64,000 nt of DNA from the NCBI GenBank assembly GCA_965238075.1, contig OZ250173.1, positions 1,344,001 to 1,408,000 of the forward strand, read 5' to 3'. Origin of the DNA: Candidatus Entotheonellaceae bacterium (GTDB taxonomy: Bacteria > Tectomicrobia > Entotheonellia > Entotheonellales > Entotheonellaceae). The notes beneath the pieces are model-generated. The model saw only the letters and a program-made list of their open reading frames with translations. It made no database searches and was not told the origin of the DNA. The number at the start of each line of letters is the position of its first letter. Position 1 is the first letter of the stretch. Position numbers and translations under genes: made by a program. Below are positions 50,702-61,747 of this stretch, piece by piece.

Positions 50702-50884
50702 AGCATTTCCGTAATCGCCAACTCATACACCCCACTCCCTAGCCCTCCCCCTCAAGGGTGGAGGGAGCCAGCGAACTAAAGCCTTCCCCACGAAGGGGTC
50801 TGCTCCCTCTCCCCTGGCGGGAGAGGGTTGGGGTGAGGGGGAAGACCTTCGGATCGCAAACCATTTTGATCCGAAAGTGCTCTA
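50699..50884. mobile_element. MITE (TAGAGC..GCTCTA ends) carrying REP hairpins
   Basis: TAGAGCATTTCCG / revcomp TAGAGCACTTTCGG; sister of 41538-41744. Confidence 0.75.
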
Positions 50885-50906
50885 ACCCCGCCCGGAGGCG
50901 CGTTCC

Positions 50907-51623
50907 ATGAAGCTCTTGGTCTTTCAGCATATTGTGTGCGAACACCCCGGCTCGTTGCGGCAGTTCCTCAAGCGTGACGGCATTAAATGGGATGCGGTGG
51001 AACTGGACGCGAACGAACCGATTCCGGACCTGTCAGGCTACGACGCGATGTGGGTCATGGGCGGGCCGATGGACGTCTGGGATGTCGATGAGCACCCCTG
51101 GCTGATACCCGAAAAGGCGGCAATCCGAACCTGGGTGCGCGACCTGCAAAAGCCGTTTCTGGGGCTTTGTCTGGGGCACCAGCTTCTGGCCGATGCTCTG
51201 GGCGGCACCTGTGGGCCCCAGGTCCCGGCAGAAATCGGCCTCATGGATGTTGAGTTGACCGAGGCAGGTCTGACCGAACCGCTGTTTTCCGGCTTGGCCA
51301 CCAGGCAGAAGTGCCTGCAATGGCATTCGGTGCGGGTAGCTCAGCCGCCTGAAGGTGCGGTTGTGCTGGCGTGGTCGCCGGCGTGTCCTGTCCAGGCGAT
51401 GCGCGTCGGGCCGAACGCCTGGTCGATGCAGTATCACGTGGAGGTAGAGCCCGATACCGTGGCCAATTGGTCTGCTGTTCCCGCTTATCGCGACGCATTG
51501 GTCAGCGTCATGGGCGAGGGCGGGATGGGAACCCTGTCGCACGGTGCTGCGGACAACATGGCGGGTTTTCTGGCGAGTGCGGCAACGCTCTACGACAACT
51601 TCATGCGCCTTGCCAGAGCATGA
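50907..51623 (+). CDS. Class I glutamine amidotransferase-like protein
   Basis: QH..EHPG, MGGPM, GLCLGHQ, QWH, QYHVE. Confidence 0.88.
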   Translation: MKLLVFQHIVCEHPGSLRQFLKRDGIKWDAVELDANEPIPDLSGYDAMWVMGGPMDVWDVDEHPWLIPEKAAIRTWVRDLQKPFLGLCLGHQLLADALGGTCGPQVPAEIGLMDVELTEAGLTEPLFSGLATRQKCLQWHSVRVAQPPEGAVVLAWSPACPVQAMRVGPNAWSMQYHVEVEPDTVANWSAVPAYRDALVSVMGEGGMGTLSHGAADNMAGFLASAATLYDNFMRLARA

Positions 51624-51703
51624 GTAGCCTTGCTCCAAGCCTTGAATGGATTACACGCGGATAAACCACGCCTGATGGAATAACGAAAAGAAAGAATCGC
51701 AAC

Positions 51704-52087
51704 ATGATCGCCGTCATATTCGAAGTACAGGTCGCCCCGGCACGCAAGCAGGACTACCTCGACATTGCAGCAGCGTTGCGGCCCATTCTGGAGCAGGTCG
51801 ACGGCTTTCTGTCCATCGAACGCTTTCAAAGCCTGACCAACCCGGAAAAACTCTTGTCGCTTTCATTCTTCCGGGACGAGGAGGCCGTTCGGAACTGGCG
51901 CAATTTGAGCCAGCACCGGAGCGCTCAAAGCAAGGGGCGGGACGGTATTTTTGCCGACTATCGCTTGCGTGTGGCCGGCGTTATCCGCGATTACGGCATG
52001 TTCGAGCGCGACGAAGCGCCTGGGGACAGTCAGGCCACGCACTCGAGTAAAGAACACCTTGACCCGTCCGACCTATCCGCTCCCTGA
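51704..52087 (+). CDS. ABM (antibiotic biosynthesis monooxygenase) family protein
   Basis: MIAVIFEV, DGFLSIERF, WRN..H..AQ..GR, YRLRVA.V.RDY. Confidence 0.88.
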   Translation: MIAVIFEVQVAPARKQDYLDIAAALRPILEQVDGFLSIERFQSLTNPEKLLSLSFFRDEEAVRNWRNLSQHRSAQSKGRDGIFADYRLRVAGVIRDYGMFERDEAPGDSQATHSSKEHLDPSDLSAP

Positions 52088-52172
52088 GAAATTTCAGCAC
52101 GGTTTGCGTATCAGAAACCTGAAGTGGCACGCCCATGGAAGCCCGTTTCATCAGCCTATCAGCCGGGCGAGA

Positions 52173-52619
52173 CTACAAGGCCTTCAGGCGCTCCAGATTG
52201 GCCGCCCTCAACTCGGCCTCGGTGTGACCGAAGTCATAGGCAGGCGACAGGATCACTTCAGCCGCCGAAACCTCGATGACCACGAACGCAGACATAGACG
52301 GCACGTAATCCCCCCACGCGTCGTTGAAGGCGTCCCGCAGACGTTGTGGTGCCTCTGACTTATCAATGATGGAGCCTTTTCCCGTCACCCGGATTGCCTT
52401 GCGAGAGAGGACGTCGGTGAAGCATATCTCCACCGACGGGTTGGCGCGCAGGTTGGCCAGCGTTCCGGGGGACCGCAGATTGCCGAACGCCAACGTTTCG
52501 TCATCGACGATGACAAAGGTGGCCTTGGGCGACACCGAGGGCGTTCCGTCCGCATTGATGGTCGCCACCGATCCGGCCGAGAAGGTCCGGATCAGCGATT
52601 TCATTTCCTCAGTCAGCAT
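52173..52619 (-). CDS. Pyridoxamine 5'-phosphate oxidase-like FMN-binding protein
   Basis: VATINADGTPSVSPK, RSPGT.ANL.ANP, SPAYD. Confidence 0.85.
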   Translation of the reverse strand: MLTEEMKSLIRTFSAGSVATINADGTPSVSPKATFVIVDDETLAFGNLRSPGTLANLRANPSVEICFTDVLSRKAIRVTGKGSIIDKSEAPQRLRDAFNDAWGDYVPSMSAFVVIEVSAAEVILSPAYDFGHTEAELRAANLERLKAL

Positions 52620-52628
52620 TTTTCGACA

Positions 52629-54179
52629 TCAATTGTTGATCCATTCCTTCATGAACCGCTCGTAGCACTCGCGCTCACCGGGCATCTTCACCCAGCCGGC
52701 GAGGTGGCGGGCGGTAGCGAGGAGCAGGCGTTCCCGCGTGTGCGTCGAGTTGTTGCAATACTCTTCGAAGGTGGAGTGGGTGATCTTCTGATTATGCGGG
52801 TCGTCCTGGAACTTGCAGGCGGTGATGGCCACCGTCGCCATGTAGGATTTGCGGCAGGCGCCGGATCTCAGGTAGGCGTTGGCGATGGCGGTCGTGCGCG
52901 GCACGTCGAGCGCCAGAATCGCCTCGTCCAACTCGGTCAGCAGCTCGCTGACGGCGCGGCCCGAGAAGTCGAAGGGGGCGATTTCCTGCTCTATCACCGG
53001 TGTGGAAAGCGCGTTGCAGCGCGCCGAATCGTTGACGAAATTCGCCATCAGGTACAGCGCCCGCGGCTGGTACGGATTGTCGCTGGTGCGCAACCAGTAA
53101 TTAACCACGTTGCAGTAATCGAAGGCGTGCTGCGCGTTGGTGAATTGCCGCGCTACCGTGGTCCGCAGGATCAATTCGGCAGCACCGAGCTGGATGGTAT
53201 CCCCAAGGCTCTTCAGCGACTTGCCGGTGCGCAGGTGGTCGGTGATCAGGTTCCAGATAGTCTGGCCGTCGGCTTCCATGAGCAGCCGCACCATCTCCTC
53301 GCTCTCCTCCGGGGTGAGCGGTTCGCTGTTCGTTTGCTTGAGGCTCTTGCCGCCGTTCTCGAAGGCGTCGATGACGGTCACGCAGGCGGCGTCGTAGATC
53401 GAGTAATAAAGCGGCCCGATGGCCATGTCCGGCACGCCGATGTAGTACACGCCGTGCGCGCGCTCCCAGCCGATGAACTTGGCCAGATCCGTCGTCGCGC
53501 GGGCGCGCAACGCCTTGTGGCCGGTGTTGCGTGCCTTGCGGCCGATGATCGTGTCTTGCAGGTCGATAATGCCGAGAAAGAGTTGCTGATCCCGCAGCAG
53601 GGGCCGGGTCTGCTCGTCCGCCGCCAGGCCGAGATACAGGCCATAGGAGCGCTTCACGTCGCCGCTCATGGTGGCGATCATGTGCTCGTGCAGCCGCTCC
53701 TCCACCGATCCGCTGGTGACGATTGGCTCCTGATGCTCGTTCCACACCACCGGATCCTTGGCCGCGGGCGGCACCTCCAGCCCCTTCATCATGGCGTAGC
53801 GACCGGGGTACTGCCCGAGCAACTGGTTCCAGATATCGAGACCCGACGGGATGTACCAGACACTCTGCAGCAGCGGCAGCAGGCGATACGCCTCCGGCAC
53901 GTAGGACATGAGGCTCACCGAGGTGCGCAGGCCGAGAATCGTATGATCGTTGTTGATCAGCGTGATCTGGCCGTCGCGCACGTTGATATGGCTGGGCACT
54001 TGCACAAAGGGCGCCTCCGCCGCCGTTACTACGCTGAGCGCCTCGCCCACCGAGTGCCCGTGCCGGGCCACCATCTTGAAGAACAGATCGGTGGTGCGGG
54101 GTTGATCGCGCTCAAGAATGGCGTCGGTAAGTGCCTCAAAGCTGGGGTCCTGGCAAATCTCGTCTCGGGTCACTAGCAT
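52629..54179 (-). CDS. Conserved-looking hypothetical all-helical protein with internal repeats
   Basis: 516 aa, RBS GGAGGG; LTDAILERDQPRTT vs LDEAILALDVPRTT repeat. Confidence 0.75.
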   Translation of the reverse strand: MLVTRDEICQDPSFEALTDAILERDQPRTTDLFFKMVARHGHSVGEALSVVTAAEAPFVQVPSHINVRDGQITLINNDHTILGLRTSVSLMSYVPEAYRLLPLLQSVWYIPSGLDIWNQLLGQYPGRYAMMKGLEVPPAAKDPVVWNEHQEPIVTSGSVEERLHEHMIATMSGDVKRSYGLYLGLAADEQTRPLLRDQQLFLGIIDLQDTIIGRKARNTGHKALRARATTDLAKFIGWERAHGVYYIGVPDMAIGPLYYSIYDAACVTVIDAFENGGKSLKQTNSEPLTPEESEEMVRLLMEADGQTIWNLITDHLRTGKSLKSLGDTIQLGAAELILRTTVARQFTNAQHAFDYCNVVNYWLRTSDNPYQPRALYLMANFVNDSARCNALSTPVIEQEIAPFDFSGRAVSELLTELDEAILALDVPRTTAIANAYLRSGACRKSYMATVAITACKFQDDPHNQKITHSTFEEYCNNSTHTRERLLLATARHLAGWVKMPGERECYERFMKEWINN

Positions 54180-54257
54180 CTTTTCCCTCCAATTGACGGA
54201 TTAGGCGGTGCCCGCAAGCGCTGCAGGCCGAATCAACGCAGCGTAATCCGACGTTCC

Positions 54258-55334
54258 CTAACTGAGCCGGTCCGGCAATCCGAGCTCGCCGGTGATGCCG
54301 CGGAACCAGTCAATGACTTCCGGGTGATAGGGAATGCCCTTCTGCAGGCGCTCGGCTTCCTCCTCGTGCTCCAGCAAGCCGGCGTAGACCACGCGGTCGT
54401 GGCCCGGCGCCGTCGGCGAATCCATCAGGCCGCGCAGATACTCGTCCATGTCCTGCTTGAAGACGGCTACGTCGCCGAACGCGCTGATTTTATAAGCCAG
54501 AAAGTGGTGGGACGGCTCCTGACGACGGAACGGTCCGGCACCGCTGTTGCCGAGAACGCCGCAGAGGATTTCGAGCATCATGGCGAGCGAATAGCCCTTG
54601 TGGGCGCCGATCTCTCGGGTGCCGCCGAGGGGCAGGACCATCCACTCTTGCGGGATGGGGCCTTCGTCCATGATTGGCGTGCCGTCCTTTTCGCTGATCC
54701 AGCCGGGCAGAATTGAGACACCGAGGCGCTGCGCGAGCTGGATTTTGTTGCCGGCCACGGAGCTCATCGAGGCATCAAAAATGAATGGTGCCTCGCGGCC
54801 GGCCGGTGCCGCCACGCCCAGGGGGTTTAGGCCGACCATCGGTTTGGCGCCGTGCACCGGCACCAGCGCGAGGCCGCCGGTGGTCATGGCGAGGCCGATC
54901 ATGTCGTGCTCCAGAGCCAGGCCGGCGTGATACGCCGCGGCGCCGAAGTGGGCGCCGTTGGTCACGGTAATGGCGCCGATGCCGTAGCGCTCAGCCCGCT
55001 CGATGGCCATGTTCATGGCCTGCGGCCCAATCGCCAGGCCGTGCCCGCGGTCCGAATCCATCGTCGCCACGGCGGCGGCCTCGTGCAAGATCTTCGGCTC
55101 GGGCGTCGGGTTGATGACGCCTTCCCGGAACCACCTGACGTACAGCCGCATCATGTTGGACACGCCGTGCGAATCAATACCGCGCAGGTCGGCGTACATG
55201 AGGACGTCAGCCGCCTGCCGCGCGTCGGCCTCCGGCATGCCCATCTCCTGAAAGATGGCTTCCACCGTCGCCCGCATCTCTTCCTGCGGGACGCGCACGG
55301 CGATGTCTTCCGGGACTTGAAATCGTTCTAGCAT
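54258..55334 (-). CDS. Ldh_2 family (malate/L-lactate/ureidoglycolate-type) oxidoreductase
   Basis: ADLRGIDSHG, HFGAA.Y, GLNP, LGG..GAHKGYSL. Confidence 0.9.
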   Translation of the reverse strand: MLERFQVPEDIAVRVPQEEMRATVEAIFQEMGMPEADARQAADVLMYADLRGIDSHGVSNMMRLYVRWFREGVINPTPEPKILHEAAAVATMDSDRGHGLAIGPQAMNMAIERAERYGIGAITVTNGAHFGAAAYHAGLALEHDMIGLAMTTGGLALVPVHGAKPMVGLNPLGVAAPAGREAPFIFDASMSSVAGNKIQLAQRLGVSILPGWISEKDGTPIMDEGPIPQEWMVLPLGGTREIGAHKGYSLAMMLEILCGVLGNSGAGPFRRQEPSHHFLAYKISAFGDVAVFKQDMDEYLRGLMDSPTAPGHDRVVYAGLLEHEEEAERLQKGIPYHPEVIDWFRGITGELGLPDRLS

Positions 55335-55433
55335 CGTGGAGCCTCGTGGGGTGCAGGTTGTGAAACGTCAAGCAGGTGGGCCAGCCTTGGGCAGCGGCGG
55401 CCTAGAATAGAGGAAACGCCCCCACGGGTCAAT

Positions 55434-56324
55434 TCAGCGTACCAGCTCGGCCAACGCTTGCCGTTGCGCTTCGGGCAGGCCAGCGAGGTAGGCCATGAAG
55501 CGCTTCTCGACCCACGTCGCCCGCACGCCGCCCACGTAATCGCTGACCAGCGCCTTGGGGTGACCGCCGAAATACCCCGTCGTGATGACGCCGACGTATG
55601 AGCCGTCCCGCGCAAACACGCCACCGCCGCTCATGCGCCCGGCCGCCGACGCCTGCACGATGAACTGTTTGTCCGCGTCGTAGTGCGCGTCGTGTTGCCG
55701 AGCCTCCGCCGCAGAAAGAACCCGACCTACCGAATACATCAGCGACAGATTGCCGATCGCCGGCGCGCCCATCAGCAGGACTTCCTGGCCCGGTTGGATG
55801 CTCGCCACACCGGGCAAGCCCGCCTCGATAACATGCCTTATCCGGCCGCGGGCCGTCGGTTCGCCGTTCTCGGCCAGCGCAACGGCAAAATCCTTGTCGC
55901 GCGGCACCTCCTGTTCATACTCCTGCAATGTGATGGGCGGCGCAAACAGCACGCGTATCGGCTGCTGTACCGGCTTCGCCGATCTCAGGACCTCATAAGG
56001 CAACGCGTGCGCCGCGGTCACCAGCACGGCAGTGCCCCGCCGGGTGCGGTACAAAACGACGCCGGAGCCCTGCCCCACGTCCACCAGGCGCTGGTGGATG
56101 CCGCGTACCCAGTCATGGTCGGGATGCTCGGGTGCCGCCAGCACGTCGGCAACGGACCGCAGCCCTTTGCGGTCGAATCTGGCGCCGAGGTCCTCCAGAA
56201 CGGTGGGATCGATCCGGAACGCTGGCTCATCGGCGGGCGTTGGCACCTGTGCCAGAAACACGACGGCCAAGCTTAGGGTGAGGAATGGGATGAGACGCAC
56301 AACGCGTACCTTCGCCGCCGTCAC
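55434..56324 (-). CDS. Exported trypsin-like serine protease
   Basis: Hydrophobic N-terminus, [23 protein letters not shown]. Confidence 0.7.
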   Translation of the reverse strand: MTAAKVRVVRLIPFLTLSLAVVFLAQVPTPADEPAFRIDPTVLEDLGARFDRKGLRSVADVLAAPEHPDHDWVRGIHQRLVDVGQGSGVVLYRTRRGTAVLVTAAHALPYEVLRSAKPVQQPIRVLFAPPITLQEYEQEVPRDKDFAVALAENGEPTARGRIRHVIEAGLPGVASIQPGQEVLLMGAPAIGNLSLMYSVGRVLSAAEARQHDAHYDADKQFIVQASAAGRMSGGGVFARDGSYVGVITTGYFGGHPKALVSDYVGGVRATWVEKRFMAYLAGLPEAQRQALAELVR

Positions 56325-59254
56325 GTCAATAGCGCCAGCAAGTCTTCGCGCGTAACCGCGGCGGCGCCAGCGGCGTCGGCCAGCGCAACGTCAGCCAGCG
56401 CCCGCTTGTGCTGCTGCAGCGCCAGGATGCGCTCCTCCACCGTATCCCGCGCCACCAGGCGGTGCACCAGCACCGGGCGGGTCTGACCGATACGATGGGC
56501 GCGGTCGGCGGCCTGGTCTTCGACCGCCGGGTTCCACCAGGGATCGAGCAGGAAGATGTGATCGGCGGCGGTGAGATTGAGCCCGGTGCCGCCGGCGCGC
56601 AAGGAGATGAGCATGACCGGTGGGCCGCCATCGTCCTGGAAGCGCCGCACCACCTCGTCGCGCCGGCGTGTCTGGCCGTCCAGGCGGGTGAAGTCGATAT
56701 CGGCGGCGCGCAAGTGCGGCTCAACGCGATCCAGCAGAGCAGTCCATTGCGAAAACACCAGCGCCTTGTGGCCGTCGGCGACCGCCTCGCCGAGCACCTC
56801 CAGAAGCAATTCCACCTTGGCCGAGGTGCCCGCGTTTTGGCCCGGCACCAAGTCGCTGTGGCAGCTGGCCTGGCGCAGCCGCAGCAACGCCTCGAACGCC
56901 GCCATGACGTTGCCCCCGGCCTCCAGACGGGCCACCACGTCGTTCAGGGTGGCGGCACGCACCGTGTCATAAACGATGCGCTCGGCGTCGCTGAGCTCGC
57001 AATGCAGCACCCGCTCGGTGCGCGGCGGCAATTCCGGCGCCACTTCCCGCTTGCGGCGCCGCAGGATGAACGGTCGGATGCGCTCCCGCAGCCGCTCGGC
57101 CGCCTGCGGTTCGCCGCCGGCGATGGGCTGGGCGTAGCGGTCCTGAAAATCCTGCCGCCCGCCGAGCAGGCCGCGATTCAGAAAATGGAACTGGCTCCAC
57201 AACTCGTCGAGGCGGTTCTCGACCGGCGTGCCGCTCAGCGTCAGGCGGAACGCGGCGCGCAGCTCAAAGGCCGCCTGCGCCACCTGGCTGTCGGGATTCT
57301 TGATGTTCTGGGCCTCGTCGAGCACCACCGCGTCCCAGCTTTGCTGTGCCAGGCGGTCGCTGTCCAGGCGCAGAATGGCGTACGTGGTCAGGGTGACGTC
57401 GGCCTCGGCGTCCAGGCGGCGCTGCGGGCCGTGGTAGAGCGATTGGCGCAGACCTGGACGGAAGCGGCGAATTTCGTCGCCCCAGTGCGACAGCACGCTG
57501 GTCGGCGCCACCACCAGGGTGCGGCCGCGTACGGCGCACAGAGCCTGCAGGGTTTTGCCGAGCCCCATGTCGTCCGCCAGCATGCCGCCGAGCCCGGCTT
57601 GCCGGATGAAGACGAGCCAGTTGGCGCCGCTGCGTTGGTAGGCGCGCAACGTGGCCTGCATGTCATCAGGCAGAGGCGCTTCGGGGATGCCGGCGAAATC
57701 GTCCACGAGGGTGCGCAGCGAGCCGAATTCCGGCGGCGGCGGTTGCTCCAGTAACTCGCACAGGCGCGCCAGGTCGGGCAGGGCGAATTGGGGCAGCGCG
57801 CCGCTGGCGTCACGCGCCGCCAGCAGGTCGGCCACCCGGTGACCGAACTGCTCCAGCCATTCGCGCGGCAGGGGCGCCCAGCCGCCGCCGGACAGCGGCA
57901 CCAGCGACTCGCCGCTCTGCCAAGCGCGCAGCACCGCGGCGGCGTCCACGCGCCGCGCGGGGCCGCCGGACTCGGGTGGGCCGGATTGGAACCACATCTC
58001 GAAGTTCTGGAAATCGAGCCGCCCCTGCGGCACCAACTGCGGCATCAGCTCAAAGGCGGTGTGCCCGCTGCCGCGTATTTCGCCGCGCCAACCCTTGAGG
58101 CGCCTGGCGGCCCGCACCGCCGCCTCGCCGGTGTACTGCGCCTTGCGCCCGGGCACGAGTTGCAGCGCCTGTCGGAGCTGGCGCGTCAGCCGTTCTTCCG
58201 CCCGCTCATCACGTTTCGGCAGCGGCCCTTGCAGATGCACCAGGCGGTCGGCATCAACGCGGGCCAGGGGCGGCTGGCCGTATACCAGCGTCGGCAACAC
58301 GGTCAGGGCATCGCCGTCGCGGTGTACGTCCAGCACGATGCGCGGCGGCTCCTGCACCACCTGCGGCAGGCGCCGCGCGCGCACCTGCACCGGCAGACGT
58401 TTTTCCAGGGATGGCAGAATGTCGCTGAGCAGTTCGGTGAGTTGATCGCGGGTGAAATGGCGCCCTGCAGGGAGGTCGGCGCGTTCGCGGGCAGTGAGGC
58501 CGGGGTTGGCGACAGGCCGCAGCGTGTCGCCGCATAGCACCACGCCGTTGCCAAACGCCTCGGTGATAGCCGGGTCGCGCTCCACAAACAGCCGGAAGCC
58601 GTCGCCCTGCTCCTCCAGACAGGCTTGCAGGCCGATGAGCTTGGCGAGGGTTTTGATGGGGTTGCCGCCCAGTCGTACGTCCGGGCAAGACGCCAGCGCT
58701 TTCAGCAGCTTTCCCATCACCTCGCGCGGCAGGCGTCCACGCCGGTGTATGCCCAGCGACGATTCGACCGCCAGATCGGCCGGCGTGGCCGCCACCGCGA
58801 TGGATACCTGGCCCTGGAAACGCAGGCCGCCGGGCCTGGTGAGGCTCAGCGACAACGGCGATTCCAGGAGTTGCTCGCGGCCGTCGTAAACGACGTAGCG
58901 CTCGAAGCTCAGAGCGCCCTGCGAGCGCGTGAACGCATAGCGCAACCGGCCGCTGGCCTGCTGCGCCGCGGGGAGGGGCTTGCCCTCCTGCCGGGCGCGC
59001 CGAAAGGCAATCACCGCCGCGGCAACGTGCGCGCACACCGGCTCGTGGTGGCCGCAATCGCACAACCAGTCCTCGTCATCGGGCCACAACGTGACGGTGG
59101 GTTGCACGACCTTATCCTGCGCCACCACCTTGAGGACGATTTCCTCGCCGTCCGTCCGCTCGCTGAGCACGGCGTTGGCGCGGGTGAATTCCACGCCACG
59201 CGACCAGACGTGCGGCGCACAAGCCTGACGCACAACGTCGAACAGCGCTTGCAT
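56321..59254 (-). CDS. SWIM zinc-finger SNF2-family helicase
   Basis: [49 protein letters not shown]. Confidence 0.93.
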   Translation of the reverse strand: MQALFDVVRQACAPHVWSRGVEFTRANAVLSERTDGEEIVLKVVAQDKVVQPTVTLWPDDEDWLCDCGHHEPVCAHVAAAVIAFRRARQEGKPLPAAQQASGRLRYAFTRSQGALSFERYVVYDGREQLLESPLSLSLTRPGGLRFQGQVSIAVAATPADLAVESSLGIHRRGRLPREVMGKLLKALASCPDVRLGGNPIKTLAKLIGLQACLEEQGDGFRLFVERDPAITEAFGNGVVLCGDTLRPVANPGLTARERADLPAGRHFTRDQLTELLSDILPSLEKRLPVQVRARRLPQVVQEPPRIVLDVHRDGDALTVLPTLVYGQPPLARVDADRLVHLQGPLPKRDERAEERLTRQLRQALQLVPGRKAQYTGEAAVRAARRLKGWRGEIRGSGHTAFELMPQLVPQGRLDFQNFEMWFQSGPPESGGPARRVDAAAVLRAWQSGESLVPLSGGGWAPLPREWLEQFGHRVADLLAARDASGALPQFALPDLARLCELLEQPPPPEFGSLRTLVDDFAGIPEAPLPDDMQATLRAYQRSGANWLVFIRQAGLGGMLADDMGLGKTLQALCAVRGRTLVVAPTSVLSHWGDEIRRFRPGLRQSLYHGPQRRLDAEADVTLTTYAILRLDSDRLAQQSWDAVVLDEAQNIKNPDSQVAQAAFELRAAFRLTLSGTPVENRLDELWSQFHFLNRGLLGGRQDFQDRYAQPIAGGEPQAAERLRERIRPFILRRRKREVAPELPPRTERVLHCELSDAERIVYDTVRAATLNDVVARLEAGGNVMAAFEALLRLRQASCHSDLVPGQNAGTSAKVELLLEVLGEAVADGHKALVFSQWTALLDRVEPHLRAADIDFTRLDGQTRRRDEVVRRFQDDGGPPVMLISLRAGGTGLNLTAADHIFLLDPWWNPAVEDQAADRAHRIGQTRPVLVHRLVARDTVEERILALQQHKRALADVALADAAGAAAVTREDLLALLT

Positions 59255-59282
59255 CCGGTGCGGACTCCTTACGCCGCTGCGC

Positions 59283-59600
59283 TCAGGGCTGCGGCGCGAA
59301 ATCGGGCGACAGCATCAACCAGGTTTTCTGCGACACGATGAGCGGCTGTACCCGCGGCACGTAGTTCTGCTTCCACTCGTCCGAGCCGGTGACCTTGGCC
59401 TTCGCTTCCGCCATGTGGGCGTGGTCGCGGTAGGCCCAGATATGCACCACCTGGTTGAGTTCGCCGATGTCGCTGTAGTACCAGCCGGCCAGCTTGATGC
59501 CGTGACTGAGGCGCAGCGGCAGCGCCACGTCCTTGACGGCGGCCATATAGTCGGGAACGGCGCCGGGCTTCAGCGTGTACATGCGAAAGTCGTAGATCAT
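59283..59600 (-). CDS. NIPSNAP family protein
   Basis: [25 protein letters not shown]. Confidence 0.9.
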   Translation of the reverse strand: MIYDFRMYTLKPGAVPDYMAAVKDVALPLRLSHGIKLAGWYYSDIGELNQVVHIWAYRDHAHMAEAKAKVTGSDEWKQNYVPRVQPLIVSQKTWLMLSPDFAPQP

Positions 59601-59666
59601 TGTTGGGTCCCTTTTTAGGAAGAGTATCAAAAACTTCTCAGGATGCGTATCAAACCCGTATGGCGC

Positions 59667-60314
59667 CTACTCTAGTTCGAACACGCGACGAAACCAAGCC
59701 ACAAAGCGCTCGGCCACCGGACTGTCCGGTCGGAAATATTGCGCTCGGATGGCGGTGCCGTATGGCAAGCCGGGCTCGCTTTGCCACGCAAGCCAGGCAT
59801 GCAGCACGGCCTTCTTCTCGTCTACATTTCGGTAATTCGCTCCGTGACGACTTTTCGCTTGGGTTGTCGATTCCCGGGCGTGCGGGAGTAGCGGGTTCGC
59901 TTCCTTGACGAGGGTCCTGAGGAAGTCTTCCAGAGTGCCTTCCTGCTGGTTGTCCGGCATGAGCCAGACACCCACCCGAGTGCGATAGGTCTGGGATTCA
60001 CCCACGAATCCCTCGGGTGGGATGTCTTACGGTAGATCCACGCCCGCCTCTCGCAGCCGTGACGACATTGCCATCTATCGGTTCTGAAGCGACGAATCGG
60101 CGTCCAGCACGAAGCCGATTGCTCGGCCAGTGCTAGCGCTTACGCTGAGGCTCACGTTTCGAAGCAGTTTGTCTTTGTCGCCTGATTTTGTGATGCAAGG
60201 GAGATAATTTGGGAGGGGCCTTTCGTCATAACCAATGCCATGCCTGATAAGAAGATGCAGGATCGCATGCAGGTCGTCGTCACCTTCGACCCAAAGCCGG
60301 GGCCGTTCCGCCAT
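59667..60314 (-). pseudogene. DUF3226-like TOPRIM-fold protein with two in-frame stops
   Basis: VEGDDD, LDAD, GVWLMPDNQQEGTLEDFL, WLAWQ.EPG; TAG 60075-7 and TAA 60027-9 in a continuous frame. Confidence 0.8.
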
Positions 60315-61420
60315 TACCGGACCTCGATATTTTGTTCAACGGCCGCCTGTATGTCCGTCGCGTCGAAACGGACGGCCTTGTCCAAAGCTCTCTCAATCTT
60401 TTGAGTAGAGACATCCTGGGCGAGGTCCGGGTGAGATTCGACCAGGGACGCAAGACCCCGGAGACAGTCGTAGCTGTGCGTGGTAGCGAACACCTGAACC
60501 GAGTTTCGTCGGGCCGTATCAATAACCAGCCGCCACATTTCTTCCATGACCGTCCAGTGCAGGCCCGTGTCGATCTCGTCAACCAGCACGACACCTTTTT
60601 CTGTCTGTATGAGAGACAGTGAGAGGGCGAGAAGCCGTCGCATTCCATCCCCATAACTGCCCAGAGGCACCCGTCGACCGCCCCCTCGGAATCCCAACAG
60701 AGCGCCAGCCCGACCGGAACGTGCCCGCGACGCGTCACTCGTCAAAAAGTGGATGGACTCAAGATTGTTCTCGAGGATCCTCATGGCAGCGATGACTTCG
60801 GATTCGCGCCCCTCCGTCAGCACCTTGTCCCACATCTCTCGCATGGGTTCGAGATCGAGCGATTCCGGTGTGACGAACTGAACGGGGGGTGGCGGCGTTC
60901 CAGTCTCGGACCACGGTCTCCGATATCGAAGATGTCTCGTCGACAGGGAGCCACTTTCGGTGACGGGAAGGGCGGGCATCTTGAGCGTATTCCCCTCCAG
61001 CTGGAGGACAAGAGGGAAGGACTGGTCTATCTCGTCGTCATCGAAGAGCGCGGACTGGTTCTCGAAATCGGCTAGATGGACCTGAACGGAGACCTGTCCG
61101 TAGTTGTCACTGGAGAGGCGAAAGCCTGTTCCTGGCTCAAGACGATGACTGAAGAAGCAATGTGAAATGTCCGGGCCTCCTTGTTGGTATCTCTCGCTGG
61201 CGTAATTGATCTCACCCCGACGATTTGCCGAACGTATGAGAACGAAAGGGTCCCCCTTCGATACCAGGAAATGTATGGCTTCCAGGATTGACGTTTTGCC
61301 GGAATTGTTCTTGCCGACCAAGAGATTGACACGAGTTAAATCGGCCAACTCGTAATCATTGAATCCGCGGAACTTGTGCAGGTGAAGAGTGCCAAGCATC
61401 TTGTCGTTCCTTACGTTCAT
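60314..61420 (-). CDS. ABC-type/AAA_15-21 ATPase
   Basis: GKNNSGKT, YGDG, LVDEIDTGLH, TTHS; start may be 61399. Confidence 0.88.
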   Translation of the reverse strand: MNVRNDKMLGTLHLHKFRGFNDYELADLTRVNLLVGKNNSGKTSILEAIHFLVSKGDPFVLIRSANRRGEINYASERYQQGGPDISHCFFSHRLEPGTGFRLSSDNYGQVSVQVHLADFENQSALFDDDEIDQSFPLVLQLEGNTLKMPALPVTESGSLSTRHLRYRRPWSETGTPPPPVQFVTPESLDLEPMREMWDKVLTEGRESEVIAAMRILENNLESIHFLTSDASRARSGRAGALLGFRGGGRRVPLGSYGDGMRRLLALSLSLIQTEKGVVLVDEIDTGLHWTVMEEMWRLVIDTARRNSVQVFATTHSYDCLRGLASLVESHPDLAQDVSTQKIERALDKAVRFDATDIQAAVEQNIEVR

Positions 61421-61747
61421 ACCAACCAGGCATCCTAACGATCACTGGTCCTGGGGCGCGACTCTAGGAACTCTGCAAGCGTTGGATTTTCAGATTGGTA
61501 GGGTCGAAGTGGGTCAAGCCGTTCCGAAAAACGCGCGGCAGCATGGAGGTACGGAACGGGCGGCAGAACTGTAGCGTCATCGTAATAAATTACCAGACAG
61601 GGCGCAACGGAACCGCCCGTACGCGCCGACATGCGGGCGTTTAGCCCTCGCGGGGTTGGTTTCAAAGCCAGTTGCGCGCGCGTATAATGCCCCGCCGAAC
61701 GCGTGACAATACCGCGTAACCAGCCAATATCCCGAAGGAATCTCGCA

